Part shown: positions 53,054-64,000 of the stretch, one piece after another | Layout of the letters: each line of letters begins with the position of its first letter | Position numbering within the stretch: position 1 is the first letter of the stretch | Assembly (NCBI GenBank): GCA_050084985.1 | Contig: JBITNC010000001.1 | Span: 17,608,001 to 17,672,000 of the forward strand | Source of the DNA: Nageia nagi | Taxonomy: Eukaryota > Plantae > Pinophyta | Direction of reading: 5' to 3' | Length of the DNA: 64,000 nt | Notes under the pieces: model-generated | Databases searched by the model: none | What the model was told of the DNA's origin: nothing | The model's input: only the letters and a program-made list of their open reading frames with translations | Made by a program: the position numbers and the translations under genes

Positions 53054-53558
53054 ACTAGAGAGAATCTTGTTGCAACATGAACAACTCCTCTTAAACAATA
53101 AAGAAGAAGATTCTTCTAGAGTTTATGCAGCAAAGTTCAAGAAGTTCAAGCAAAATAAGCCTTTTGTGAAAAAAGTTGAGGAGCATCGCAATCAAAGACA
53201 ATCTCAAAAGTAGAACAAGGTTGTCACTTGTTTTTATTTTGGCAAGCTAGGGCACATGTCAAAGGATTGCAAAAAGAGACAAGCTAATAATAAAAAGAAA
53301 CAAGGTGGTCATTATGCATCTAAATAGGATGGTCACATATTTATTGTTGAATACCAATCAAAAACTTATTACGGCTGAGTATGGTGCATCGATTCTAGTG
53401 CTACAAGGCACATGACAAGACAAGAAGATTGGCTTCATGGCATCATGGAAGGACAAAATGTCACCTTTGGCAACAACTCAATATTGCAAGTGAAAGGAGT
53501 TGGCAAAGCTTCCATCAAAATGTCTAATAGCAAGAGGACTTACATCAATGATATTTTG

Positions 53559-54711
53559 TATAATGTTCCAAACTAGGAAAAACCAGATTTTTGCAAAGAA
53601 TAACCAGATCTACTCAAATTTATGCCCTAGTTTCAGACCTGAAATAATAACTGAAAATAAATGCAAATCTAAGTAAACCAAATCAGATCTAGGTATTTCA
53701 ATAACACAATGGCAGATCTCACCAAATATCAAATCCACACAATATAAAAGCAATTTTGGCTAAAAAAAATCAGATCTGACTCAACAACTTTATTGAACAA
53801 TTTCAGTCTCAAAACAGTACAAAGGATGCCCTTGAGGGTGGACATCCCTCTCTCAGGCTGAATATAATTGGATATGATGTTCAATACTCCTCAAATGGTT
53901 CTCTAGAACTGGACGTCCCTCCTGGAAGCTCGAAACTCAGTGCTGAAAGTTCCAAAAGGTCTCCAACTCTTGGATCTGAATACTAAAATGCTGTGATGCT
54001 CAAGTGTAAACCATGGATAGATTCAACAACAAAGAACTCAAGGGTTTTTTTCCTTAAGTCCTTAGATCTAAGTGTGTTTTCATCCTCTAGACCACTCTCT
54101 TGCAGGTTTTCATCCACAAGAGGCTTGAAACTGACCTTTCAGCCAACTCTCAGGAAAAGATAGTTGATGATCGACAAAAGATACCTTCCAAATGGTGCAC
54201 ACTTCTCCTTTATAGCTGGACGAACCTTTCTTGGAGTCCTGGACACCCCTTCTTGGTGTCATAACTCTCCATTGAGATCTCATCAAGGCCGACAAAACAA
54301 GGCACCTCAATATCATCATAAATTACTCCTAAATGGTGCGCCCCATTCCTCTTGACTAGATCTCAACATTTTGTTGAAAACAAGGCATTATGACACCTCA
54401 ATATTACAAACACCTAATTATATTCAAAACTTGCCTATCTATTCCCACGAGGGGGGTGTCCCACCTTGGATGTCTTAATGCATCCTTACCATTACAAAAA
54501 TCACACCTAGAGATCCCAAATGCTTTTATTACAACCGAGAGCATTAAATAATGCCTCATTACTATCCAAAAACTCTTAGAAACAATAAATCATAACTAAA
54601 TGCACAAAACACACCTAACTAATCCTAGAACAGTGGCATCCCACTCCATGTGACCCAATAAAAAGATTACAATGCAAAAATGAGTGAGATGCCGAAAATG
54701 GAGACATTACA
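53559..54711 (-). mobile_element. Solo LTR H (1153 bp)
   Basis: t(a)taatg...cattaca termini; TSD ttttg at 53554-53558 and 54712-54716; host Copia reading frame resumes afterwards. Confidence 0.92.
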
Positions 54712-54955
54712 TTTTGTATATACCTAGCACAAAGAAAAGTTTGATTTCAATTAGTCAGATAGGTCAACAAAACATGAAAATACTGTTTAGAAAAGACAAA
54801 TGTATGATACAAGATAGTCAAAACAATGTAATTGGTGTAGGCAAAGAGGAATTTGGCTTGTATAAACTTGTCATTGCTAGTGACAAAGCTTTTATTTCTA
54901 AAGGATCATTAAAAGACCAATTATGGCATGAACGCCTAGGTCATTTGAACTATTC

Positions 54956-55245
54956 TTTTTTTTTTTTTGAAAAATACTACTTAAGCTTTCATTAAAAGGA
55001 AAAAGAGGTTACAGAGAGATAAGGACAACTTATACAACATCAAGCATTCTGATTTGTATTTATCAGACCTGCCTTTCTGCTCTTTTAACAATTCTCCTCT
55101 AAAAGTTCATACCTAATCGGACACACCTTTTAAGAGCTTTATTTATTGTTCTCAAGACTGGGATAGAATCATCATTAAAAACAATAACACACTTATCTTT
55201 CCAAGTAGCAGAGATGATTGAGCAAAATCTCAAAGATACCCTTGA
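54956..55245 (-). mobile_element. L1-type LINE 3' end with poly(A)
   Basis: T13 run at 54956-54968; minus-strand ISATWKDKCVIVFN resembles the W..WK.RN..VF C-terminal motif. Confidence 0.6.
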
Positions 55246-55259
55246 AAATATTATTCTTA

Positions 55260-55610
55260 TTATGCCACAAAATGTATCTCAAATTAATAATGCTAAAAGA
55301 AATTATTACATGCCTCAATGGAGCAAAATGATGCCCTAGATTGACAAGTCCCAACCAGAGGGACTAGATCTTCACCCACAAACCTTTGAATCAGATCTGG
55401 AACTCCCAATGAGGTGGATAACTTGGTGGAAGGCTGAAGTGATGATGCCAAGATCCTCTAATGACCTTCTGGATGTGATATCCTAATTGTATGGCTTCCC
55501 AGATGCAAATCTGGTGGTGCAACAAACTCAATAACCCTAGGTGATGGAGCACCCTCCTTAAGAAGACTAAAATAGGTAGCCAGGACCCAGGAATGGCCTC
55601 CCCCAAGTTG
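55260..55610 (-). mobile_element. LTR fragment related to solo LTR I
   Basis: gggtgaagatctagtccctctggttgggac matches 45995-46025. Confidence 0.55.
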
Positions 55611-55852
55611 GATGAACCTCAATAGTGATGGATCTCAGCAGTAGAAGTGTAGATCCTTGATGGATCTCAGCAACAATGTTGGTGGAGTGAATCTCTAATG
55701 GATTCCAGGACTCCTCAGTAATGATGGAAGTCAAGTAACACTAGAGCAATGTTGGGTCTTTAGGTAACAGTCGATAATCCAACAAGAATGCTAAGCCTTA
55801 AGGTAGCAGTCGTATTAGCCAAGAGGAATCCTAGGCCTCAAGACCGACCTTG

Positions 55853-56237
55853 TGTGACAAAAGGAAAAGAGAGAACTCACACCCACAAAATAATAATAAT
55901 CAAGCAGATATCTCTAATGGAGTGCACCTTTCCCTTTAATAGGCTCCATAACCCCTCTAGTTATACATCCTATCTAGAATATTCCATGTGTAAATTGGAA
56001 TTACAAAAATCACATCTAAGAGGCTCAATTCACCCTTAGGAATAGGGTGTCCCATCATGGAAATCATAATACATCATAGGGATTACAAATTTGCCTAGGA
56101 CTCATGCATTACCAATATTTGGTCATTATTAATGGCCCACTTATTAAGAATATTAAAATACTCTTAATTAAAAATAAATCACTCCCAAATAAACTAAATC
56201 ATCATTACACATCTCAAGGAGAGGGAAGTCTGTCACA
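55853..56237. mobile_element. 385-bp LTR-like segment with TGTGACA...TGTCACA termini
   Basis: 7-bp terminal inverted repeat; no matching TSD, so probably not a solo LTR. Confidence 0.55.
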
Positions 56238-56689
56238 GCCTAACTTCTTGTTGTGGATTCCCTTGCTAGATTCAGGACTATGTGGCATTTGTTTGGTGTG
56301 AAATAAGAGGACATTGTGATCTTTTATTTCACTTACAGCATTTTTATGAAATTGATTTGAAAATGCTTTATGAAAATATGATATTATCTATCCTTCTTCG
56401 TACAAGATACTGTTGAGGTGTACATGTTGTGTTGTGCAGGTGAAAAATACAAAGGCGTGATGCTCATGCGTATGGAGATGATAACACAAGGTATCTAGGA
56501 TCCGAAAAGAAGATCCAATAAGACCACTACTGGACAGCTTCCAGTTAGTAAGACACATATAGCTGCATGGGGCAATGACAATCGGGAGTCCCCCTAAGAT
56601 GTGTGTTGAATTTTTATTCTTGTTGGTTGTTTGTTGTGAAGATTCCGCCAAGGACCCCCTGATGGGAACGTTAGTAGGAGTAGGCGATT

Positions 56690-59570
56690 TATTGTTTTTT
56701 CATTATATATAGATATTACTTTAATTAATTAAAGATTAATTCAATTAATAAGATTATGTGATGAAGGATTAATTTAACTAATATGATTAATTAAATTAAT
56801 AGCTTTATAAAAATAATATTTAATACTTAAAAATAATAATAATAATATAATCTAATAAATTAAAATAAAGTAATAAAATAAAAATAATTAAGGATAAGCT
56901 TAAGGAAAAGATAAGCTTGACACATGGTCAGATAGAGTTAAGTGACAATTAAAAATTAGATGTCATGAACATAAAAATTATTATTTTATTAAAAACCCTA
57001 ATCTTTTGAAAAGTTATAAATATACCCTTAGAGCTCACATTTTGGAAAGAATTGCACGTGAGAAGCGCACCTGTAGAGAAATTGTGAGTTAAGGCAAGAG
57101 TTAAGGCAAGAAATTGTGAGAAGCGCACCTGTAGTCTTAGAACAATCACTTGAAGATGCAAGGTTATGGTGCTGAATTGGAAGTTCAACCAATTTTGCTT
57201 TGAGAAGAATTTTTCAACATTCAAGGGTTTTGGAATCCTTTCGAGAATTTGATCAATTTGGTAGTGTTTATCATGTCGTTTCGTTCCGATTTCTCAATTG
57301 GGTTATAGAAATGATATTATATGTTTCTCTGAGGGTGAAAGAAAAGTAGTAGTTTCCGCTTAGAAAGTAAAGAAAATGTTACTTTGAATGTGGTGACTTG
57401 AATAATTAGAAAATGATTTCGAATTAAGATTTTCTGCATAATATGGTGATTTTCAGAAAACATTGACTTATTTTTCCTTGATTTGGCTTATTTTTCTTTA
57501 ATTCGGTTGTTTGGGGTTGATCCGTTACAAATTCAAATATTGATTTGATTATTTGATTGTAGTTGAGAACTTGATTTTGTAAGAAATCCATCACATTCTT
57601 CGATGAAAGTTTTCAAAAAACGTCATTAGTATTTTGTCAATAACTTTGTCATATGAATTCAGTTGAGCTGAAATTTTGAGGGCAGTTCATGGACATGTAT
57701 TTGAACAAAACCCAAAGATGTTTTTCTAATTACATATGCAAAGAAAACGATATAGTCATTCTAATAAGGCTCACTTTTAAAGACTACGTTTTTGATCTAT
57801 TAGTTTATAGACATAAAGTTTATTTTATTAATCAATAATTAATAGGATGAATATAGAAAAGAATAAATTTACTCTAGTATAAAGAAAGGGTTCCTTGTTA
57901 AGAATTAGTATAGGGATGAAGATTCTTTTAAAAGGTTAAAGAGATTTAGATAACTAAAAAGGAAGAATCCAAGAAAAAGAAATTATGTTAAAGGAAATTT
58001 ATTTTAGTACGAGTGTTAAAATAAATAGGCAAGAACTTTAACATGGTATTTCTTAGAGAAAGAAATAGAGAATTAATTTAACATTTTTTAAAAAGAAAAT
58101 AAGAAAAATATTATGTGGAATCAAGTTGAAATTTGTGTTCTTTTCTTAAAATTAAATCTAGGTTTGAGTATGTAACCTAGGAGATTTTTAGTATATTTTT
58201 ATGTGTGAACATATTTTCTTGTGTATGCAAAAGTAGTTGCATTAGGGAAAAAAAAGTTGTTTTGATCCAAGTATACCCATGAGCTACCGTGTCCAAGGAA
58301 GGTCGGTTCATGCTTGTGAGGGATCCTTGTTTGTTCAATTAATTGAGGATGTCGCTTCATACTTAATAAATGATACTTGTATCGAGATTTTGGATATGCA
58401 TTAATGTAATAAAAAGATAATTTGTATAATCTTGTATTACTATACATTACTAGACAATGAGAAATGATGATGTATTGTCTATATATACAATGTGTAAGAT
58501 GGAGCCATGTATGGAATACCCTTATGACATATGGATGATATGTTAATGATATTCTAGGTGCAATTTTGGTGTGTTAAAAATGTTGGTGTGATGTTCATGT
58601 TTCGTTGTAAGATGGCAATGTGATGGACTATGATAATGTTTATGATGTTTTTATAATCTTTATGAAGAACATTAATTCAAATTCATGATGAGTTTAAATA
58701 TGATAAATTTATGTTTCATTATGAATGAATACTTTGAATATTGTTAGATAAGAATTGCAAAGTTGTATCCTTATTCAGAATTGAATGATAGGATGATGTT
58801 ATGAGATAATATATAAGGAAACTATATTCGATGATATGCTATGATGGGTAAGGTACTTGCAATTCTTATTGTAGTCTTTTCGTGTTGTTAGACTATGTGT
58901 AGAAATGTTATTGCTTGAGTAGGAGTAATAATCTTTCTAATGAAATGAGTTATGAATGTCTTAAGGTATACTTCTATAGTTATGAAAAGGTAACCTAGTT
59001 GTTGTCCTAATATACCTACGTAAGAGTTAGCATACTTGGACAAGCTATAATGAAACTAGGTGTGAGACTTAATAGTTATTACCTAGCATATTGAATTAAT
59101 CTTGGGAATTGAATAGGAAACCTAGTTGGAACCCTAAGTAAGACTTGAGCGCTATATTATGAGATTAAGGAATTATCGGGTAAGATAATTCAAGAAAATC
59201 TCATAAGAATAAGGAGTTGTCGAAAGGATAACTCAAGAAGTTCTCTACACATATGACTTCAAGATGAGAATAAGGATTATCGAGAAAGATAATCAAAAAA
59301 TTCTCAAGATTGGTCATGAAGGACCCTAAAGTACTTAAATTGTTGATCTTGATGATGGCTTTGATCAGAGTAGGTTGAGATACCATTAGGAAGATAGAAT
59401 GTTTCAAGATGGGATGACTAAGTGAGGAGGCTAATGTCTCCTAAGATGAACATTTTAGACAAGCCATTTAAGATATTTAACGAGAAGATTAATTATCAAA
59501 AGATAAATGGTGTTATCATCTAATGATGAAATTGTGACTCAAGAATGACGACACTTGGAACCATTTAGTG
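56690..59570 (+). mobile_element. Long AT-rich LTR-like region followed by a decayed Gypsy integrase tail or chromodomain-like relic
   Basis: Non-coding with short compound repeats (57058-57135); DDTW remnant ~59547-59558; ends not resolved. Confidence 0.35.
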
Positions 59571-61363
59571 ATCTCAATCTCATGGTTCACAAGTAGCTTC
59601 TAAACTTTCATTATTGAATGTCCATGTGTATTTGTATATCGGTTTTAAAAAAAAATTGTGCTCATTCCACAAGTGTTTATTGGGATTGGAGTCAAGTTCA
59701 AAGTTGGTTTTTAAGGTGTAAAAATCAGGTCTTGACAACGTTACTCTCAAAGAGGTCAAATGGAAGATAATTACAGATTCCCACGCGTGCACGATATGGT
59801 CCTTGGAGCGAACTTCAAGAAGCAATATCTCCTTTGTTTTTTGACGAAACCATGTTGTGTAAATTGTCAAAACAAATGGCTAGAAAATTCTCTCTCCATT
59901 CCACAAGATAAATTGACGATCCATGGCTTGTAGGAATAGTTATGCCTCTTGTAAGATTTCTCAAAAATGGGGCATCACATTTATTTTGGCCAATATGGCT
60001 TTGCATGGAAGACATTGGAAGATTAAGGACCAAGCAAAAACATAGAGTCGAGCAAAAAGTTTAAGGTGCCAAATTTTTGCTTGTTTGTACTTCAATTTTG
60101 GAAGAGAACAATTGACATCCTAGCGTTGATTTAAAACAATATCTATAGGAAAATGTTTGAAAGATGCAAACACGGTTTCATGGTTTGTAATGATTGCATA
60201 ATACACATAAAATGGTTTGCAAACATAATTTCATGGTCTACAATAATTGCATAATATACTTAAAAAATGGTCTGTAAATACAATTTTAGCCTTAATCAAC
60301 AGAGTTTTGTACAGTTTGGTAAGTCCTGAATTGAAGTAAATGACCTCTAAAGTCCCAATTCCTGTCTCTCCAACCTGATTCTGACAGCCCCATATTAAAC
60401 TTATATAGTAAATCATTTGGTAGAAAAGATTGGATTTGGGAAATAACATATTTATCAGCATTTTTCAACTTAAACTTGCTAGACAAGTCCCTCCAAGAAA
60501 ACCAATCAGCTGCTCCAACATTCCAAAGATCAGCCCAGGAATTAATCCTTTTTCTAGCCAGATGCTGTAATGTTCCTTTTATTTTTATTGCTCAAGTGAA
60601 TGCTCAAAACATAGTAATAAACTTGCAGCCAAGGAACAATGTCAAAACTCAGAAAAATATGCAAAATAATGAAGAGAATCAACCAAGAAATTTTATTAAA
60701 AAAATGATGTCAAACCAATACAATAGCTGAAGTGCCACAAATGCAGATCCAAGCTCACTAAAATGCCACAAATTGGCTAGATCTGAAAATGATGCAACAG
60801 AATGAGGCTAGGCTCCCATGCAAGGCTTCCAACCCTCAAGATCTCTCCAAGAAATTGCTACCTCCAACTCTAGATGTGCAAGAATCCCCAAGATTGAGGC
60901 CCACAACTCCTGAAGTCTCCCAAGCAATAGCTACCTTTAGTTCTAGGTGTACAAACACCCCTAAGACTAAGGCCCACAACCCTTGAGATCCAAATATGCA
61001 TGAACACGTGCACACTTGGGTTGAGAAAGAAATCTCTTTCACTCAAAAATAATAAAATAGATGATCCACAAGCTTCCTCAAATGGGATGTCCACTTCCCT
61101 TTTATAAGCTCATATTCTAATTTGGAGTTGACATCTCCCAACCCTAAAATCACTTAAAGTGCCCTATTACAAAATAAAAATATAAAACATAAATAAACAC
61201 AACTTAAGTTATGTCTCCTAGTCACATGAACTCCTTTTTCACTTTTATAATTAAGTGTAGGAGACATTTACAAAAAATATTTATTTTTGGTACATTACAA
61301 GTCCACCCTCCTCAAATTTGCTTGTCCTCAAGCAATTGCAATGTTGGATGGTTTACAATTTCA

Positions 61364-63544
61364 TTAATACTGTACCCAAACTGTCTCAAACACTTGTGTG
61401 TCAAAACCCCATATTGTTTCTTTGTTACCAAGCCCATTTTGAATGCATAACAAGGCTGATTTTCTGATAACAGCATTAAAATCATGGTGTTTGTACTCCC
61501 AAAACGTAGCCAAACTGAGTGATTCTCCATCCCTTATAGTTGTACTATGCATGAGTATCAACCAACCAACAATAATACTGATTGGGGTTTTGAGAAAGAG
61601 GCTGCAATGTAAGAGTAACAAGTCTAATTTTCTCTTTCCAATAGTCATAAATGACTCACAATCATCTACACTCATGCTTTCATTGTTTCCCATCAATGTG
61701 CCATGCATAAATGAAGTGTAGCTATAAATCATACCAAGAAAATAGAGACTGAAAATTGTATGTACAGCAGTATTATCATAGCCATACATCCATTTTACTT
61801 CCTCCCATATGACTTCTAAACCAAGCCAAACATTAAGAACTTCATTAGGAATGTTTTTCTTTACAACACTCAATAGACATGCCCTTTCCAATGGCCCTTC
61901 ATGCTGTTGTAGTAACCTTGAATTGAATGTGCATACCATGGATGAATATGTCTTCATAATTTCATGTTCACTCTCAAGACAAATATGACTATGTGCTCCC
62001 ACAATCGAGAATACACCTTTAAAACCAGCCAATGCAAAAAGTGTATAACTCAAATTCATGGCAAAATGTAAGTAAGTTACCTTCCCAAATGTGTGGAGGT
62101 TGGCATCACCGCAAGACACCAATTTCTGAAACTTACCAAGTTTCCTATCAACAAGCTCATCCAAATCATGCCTAAAAAGAAATAGTGCGCTGCTGTCATA
62201 AAAATCAGAATTCAACTTGTACCTGTTTAGAATGTTTCTGTGGATTCTCAAGTTCAAATTTATCTTCTTTTTCCTTCTATAACTGATTGAGGCACCTTTA
62301 CATATGAAATTTTCTGATCTTACTTTTCCTAAGTTGATAAAATGAACACATATGCAATTTTTCAACTCATGCGTAGCAGTCTCAAATCTTATTGCATCAA
62401 ATATCATGCAATGTACAGCCATATTCATGTGAATTGCAGCCAAGCCATTTGTCATCAGAACAGTCCAAAACGTCTTGCAAAGTGGAGTACAAAACATGAA
62501 GGAAGATGTACTAATGTTTTGACAACAAGTATATATAAAACTTGTCTTTGTGCATGCCCAAAGAAACACACAAATCAAATCAGTTTCCTGTGTAACTTCT
62601 GCAATCTCAAAACTGTATGCCATCTTATGCATGTCAATAATCAAATACCAACTTGAAATCCTCCAATGTAGTGTGCTCCAAATCAAACCTGAATTGAAGA
62701 TGTACAAGGGCTCCAAAGCGTGCTCAAGAGTTTTCACAAATGCTATGAACTGTATAAAAGTAGAAAAAATGCAGTCAAGACTGCCTAAGTGCTTCTTCAA
62801 GACCCATGAAGTTTTCAAAGTATCTTCCAACTCCAACAATCTAAAAATGAAATGATTAGTTTCCCATCTATAACTGTTACACATTCTCAAAATGAAATCA
62901 AAAATCATCAAGGAAAAATTATGAACCAATGTATGCCAAGGTTCAACAAGAAGTGCAACCCATTCATCCCATTTGTCTTTCAAACCATGTTCCAAGTATG
63001 TGCAAGTGTCCCAATAAAGTGTGGAATCAGTCTCCTTTTTGCTATTCCAAAACTTCATCAACAAGACAACTATAATCCCTTGAATTCTTTCAATTATGAT
63101 ACTTTTTTGCTGGCTATCCCAATTGTCTAAATAGCTGAGAATGTCATGTGGAATTGTGAGGTGACAAGTGTACCAATTGTCCACATTTCCTACTGTAATT
63201 TTTCTGATTTCTTTATCAGATTCATAGGTTGCCATCAAGTGAGAATTTTGTGCAATTCTTTCCACATATAAGGCTCCAAAAAACAACTCCAAATACGAAA
63301 ACAGAATCAACAATGTGTATACCAATGAAAGCCATAAAAAGAGATGGAAAGATACCACATATGACCATGAAAAAGTATCTTTCTCTGTAATGTTCCATGT
63401 CGGGAGTGCTCTACACATTCTATCATGCATCCACATGAGAAAAATCAGCATTTTATTTGAAGGAACCATGGCTGTAGTAAATTTACCTTCACATGAAATA
63501 TCAAAGAGTTGTCCTCCTCCCATGTACTTGTATGAAACTTCCAA
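61364..63544 (-). CDS. Element G 726-codon ORF of unknown function, probably once fused to the protease
   Basis: Uninterrupted 2181-bp frame; no YxDD, RNaseH, HHCC or DDE motifs recognised; hydrophobic segments; starts at TTG just after the protease end (QGIR|ENTSKVACKILEV, one frameshift). Confidence 0.7.
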   Translation of the reverse strand: MEVSYKYMGGGQLFDISCEGKFTTAMVPSNKMLIFLMWMHDRMCRALPTWNITEKDTFSWSYVVSFHLFLWLSLVYTLLILFSYLELFFGALYVERIAQNSHLMATYESDKEIRKITVGNVDNWYTCHLTIPHDILSYLDNWDSQQKSIIIERIQGIIVVLLMKFWNSKKETDSTLYWDTCTYLEHGLKDKWDEWVALLVEPWHTLVHNFSLMIFDFILRMCNSYRWETNHFIFRLLELEDTLKTSWVLKKHLGSLDCIFSTFIQFIAFVKTLEHALEPLYIFNSGLIWSTLHWRISSWYLIIDMHKMAYSFEIAEVTQETDLICVFLWACTKTSFIYTCCQNISTSSFMFCTPLCKTFWTVLMTNGLAAIHMNMAVHCMIFDAIRFETATHELKNCICVHFINLGKVRSENFICKGASISYRRKKKINLNLRIHRNILNRYKLNSDFYDSSALFLFRHDLDELVDRKLGKFQKLVSCGDANLHTFGKVTYLHFAMNLSYTLFALAGFKGVFSIVGAHSHICLESEHEIMKTYSSMVCTFNSRLLQQHEGPLERACLLSVVKKNIPNEVLNVWLGLEVIWEEVKWMYGYDNTAVHTIFSLYFLGMIYSYTSFMHGTLMGNNESMSVDDCESFMTIGKRKLDLLLLHCSLFLKTPISIIVGWLILMHSTTIRDGESLSLATFWEYKHHDFNAVIRKSALLCIQNGLGNKETIWGFDTQVFETVWVQY

Positions 63545-63574
63545 AATTTTGCATGCAACTTTGGATGTGTTTTC

Positions 63575-63800
63575 CTAATTCCTTGTAGCACTATACTCTT
63601 GCCATCTAGTACAAATTTTAATTCCAATTTTTGATAATTGGTAGAATAATCACCAAGAGACCAAAGCAATTGGACTCCCAAAACCATATGAGGCACACCA
63701 CCCAATGGAAAAAACAAAGAATTGCTCATCACTCTCATAGTTTCCAAAGCTGATTTTTATATTCTTTACTACTTTATTGCAAGGAATGAGGTCACCAAAG
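63575..63800 (-). pseudogene. Element G retropepsin C-terminal half
   Basis: IPCNKVVKNIKISFGNYESDEQFFVF / LGGVPHMVLGVQLLWSLGDYSTNYQKLELKF..IVLQGIR, homologous to D protease 1. Confidence 0.85.
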
Positions 63801-64000
63801 GACTCAATTTGGAAATCTCTCTTAACTCCATTCAAACTGTCACTAACTGAAAATTCTCCAATGCAATTATTATGTTCTTCATTGATTTCATTCCCAAAAA
63901 GTGTACAAAATGAAGTATTTTGGATCTTTTTGAAACATACCTCATGTGAAAGAGTGACATCTCTATTACCAATCTCTTGAATGTAATCAGCCATGCAAGA

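Larger units (their letters stand above)
49098..54955 (+). mobile_element. Copia element F (gag, protease, pre-integrase), interrupted by a LINE and solo LTR H and cut off at an L1 tail
   Basis: MANPS..KNLGVWKHQMKNL; TFNELE|RILLQHEQ across the LINE; CFYFGKLGHMSKDC; WCIDSSATRHMT; NDILY|IPSTKKSLIS across LTR H; LWHERLGHLN. Confidence 0.88.
60566..64000 (-). mobile_element. Gypsy-type element G (3' part); continues beyond the window
   Basis: 3' LTR 60566-61299 (tgtaatg...cattaca); PPT tgaggagggtggac 61301-61314; candidate TSD gatgc 60561-60565. Confidence 0.88.

Noticed and set aside
59580-60560. Possible host exon or LINE tail, with a ~53-bp duplication at 60178-60285
   Set aside because: No splice-consistent thioesterase sequence; too degraded to classify
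61443-63980. Plus-strand ORFs opposite the 726-aa frame
   Set aside because: Short antisense shadows with no motifs

Overview
AT-rich land-plant nuclear DNA made almost entirely of old, nested retrotransposons. The large intron and ancient LTR nests suggest a gymnosperm or another large-genome plant (inference). The only host gene is the last three coding exons of a peroxisomal acyl-CoA thioesterase II (TesB/ACH2-like, ending in SKL) on the minus strand at 46558-47048; its upstream intron appears to run past the window end and is filled with TEs. Elements resolved by LTRs, PBS, PPT and TSDs: a triple Copia nest A(15123-33412) > B(15546-31387) > C(18159-26603, minus); Gypsy-type element D (37153-44544) with element E in its 3' LTR; two solo LTRs; an RTE/RTEX-like LINE inside Copia F; and Gypsy-type element G (60566 to beyond 64000, minus). 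Two results stand out. (1) Element C keeps the cis sequences of autonomous Copia B but replaces gag-pol with a three-gene cassette that the ORF track misses: two tandem paralogous antisense ORFs of about 188 codons with F-box-like N-termini, plus a divergent coiled-coil-like ORF. (2) In D and G a retropepsin region is followed by a long unknown ORF instead of RT-RNaseH-integrase; D has two protease domains in tandem, and G's ORF is still open for 726 codons. Alignments and translations were done by hand, so boundaries of degraded relics are approximate.
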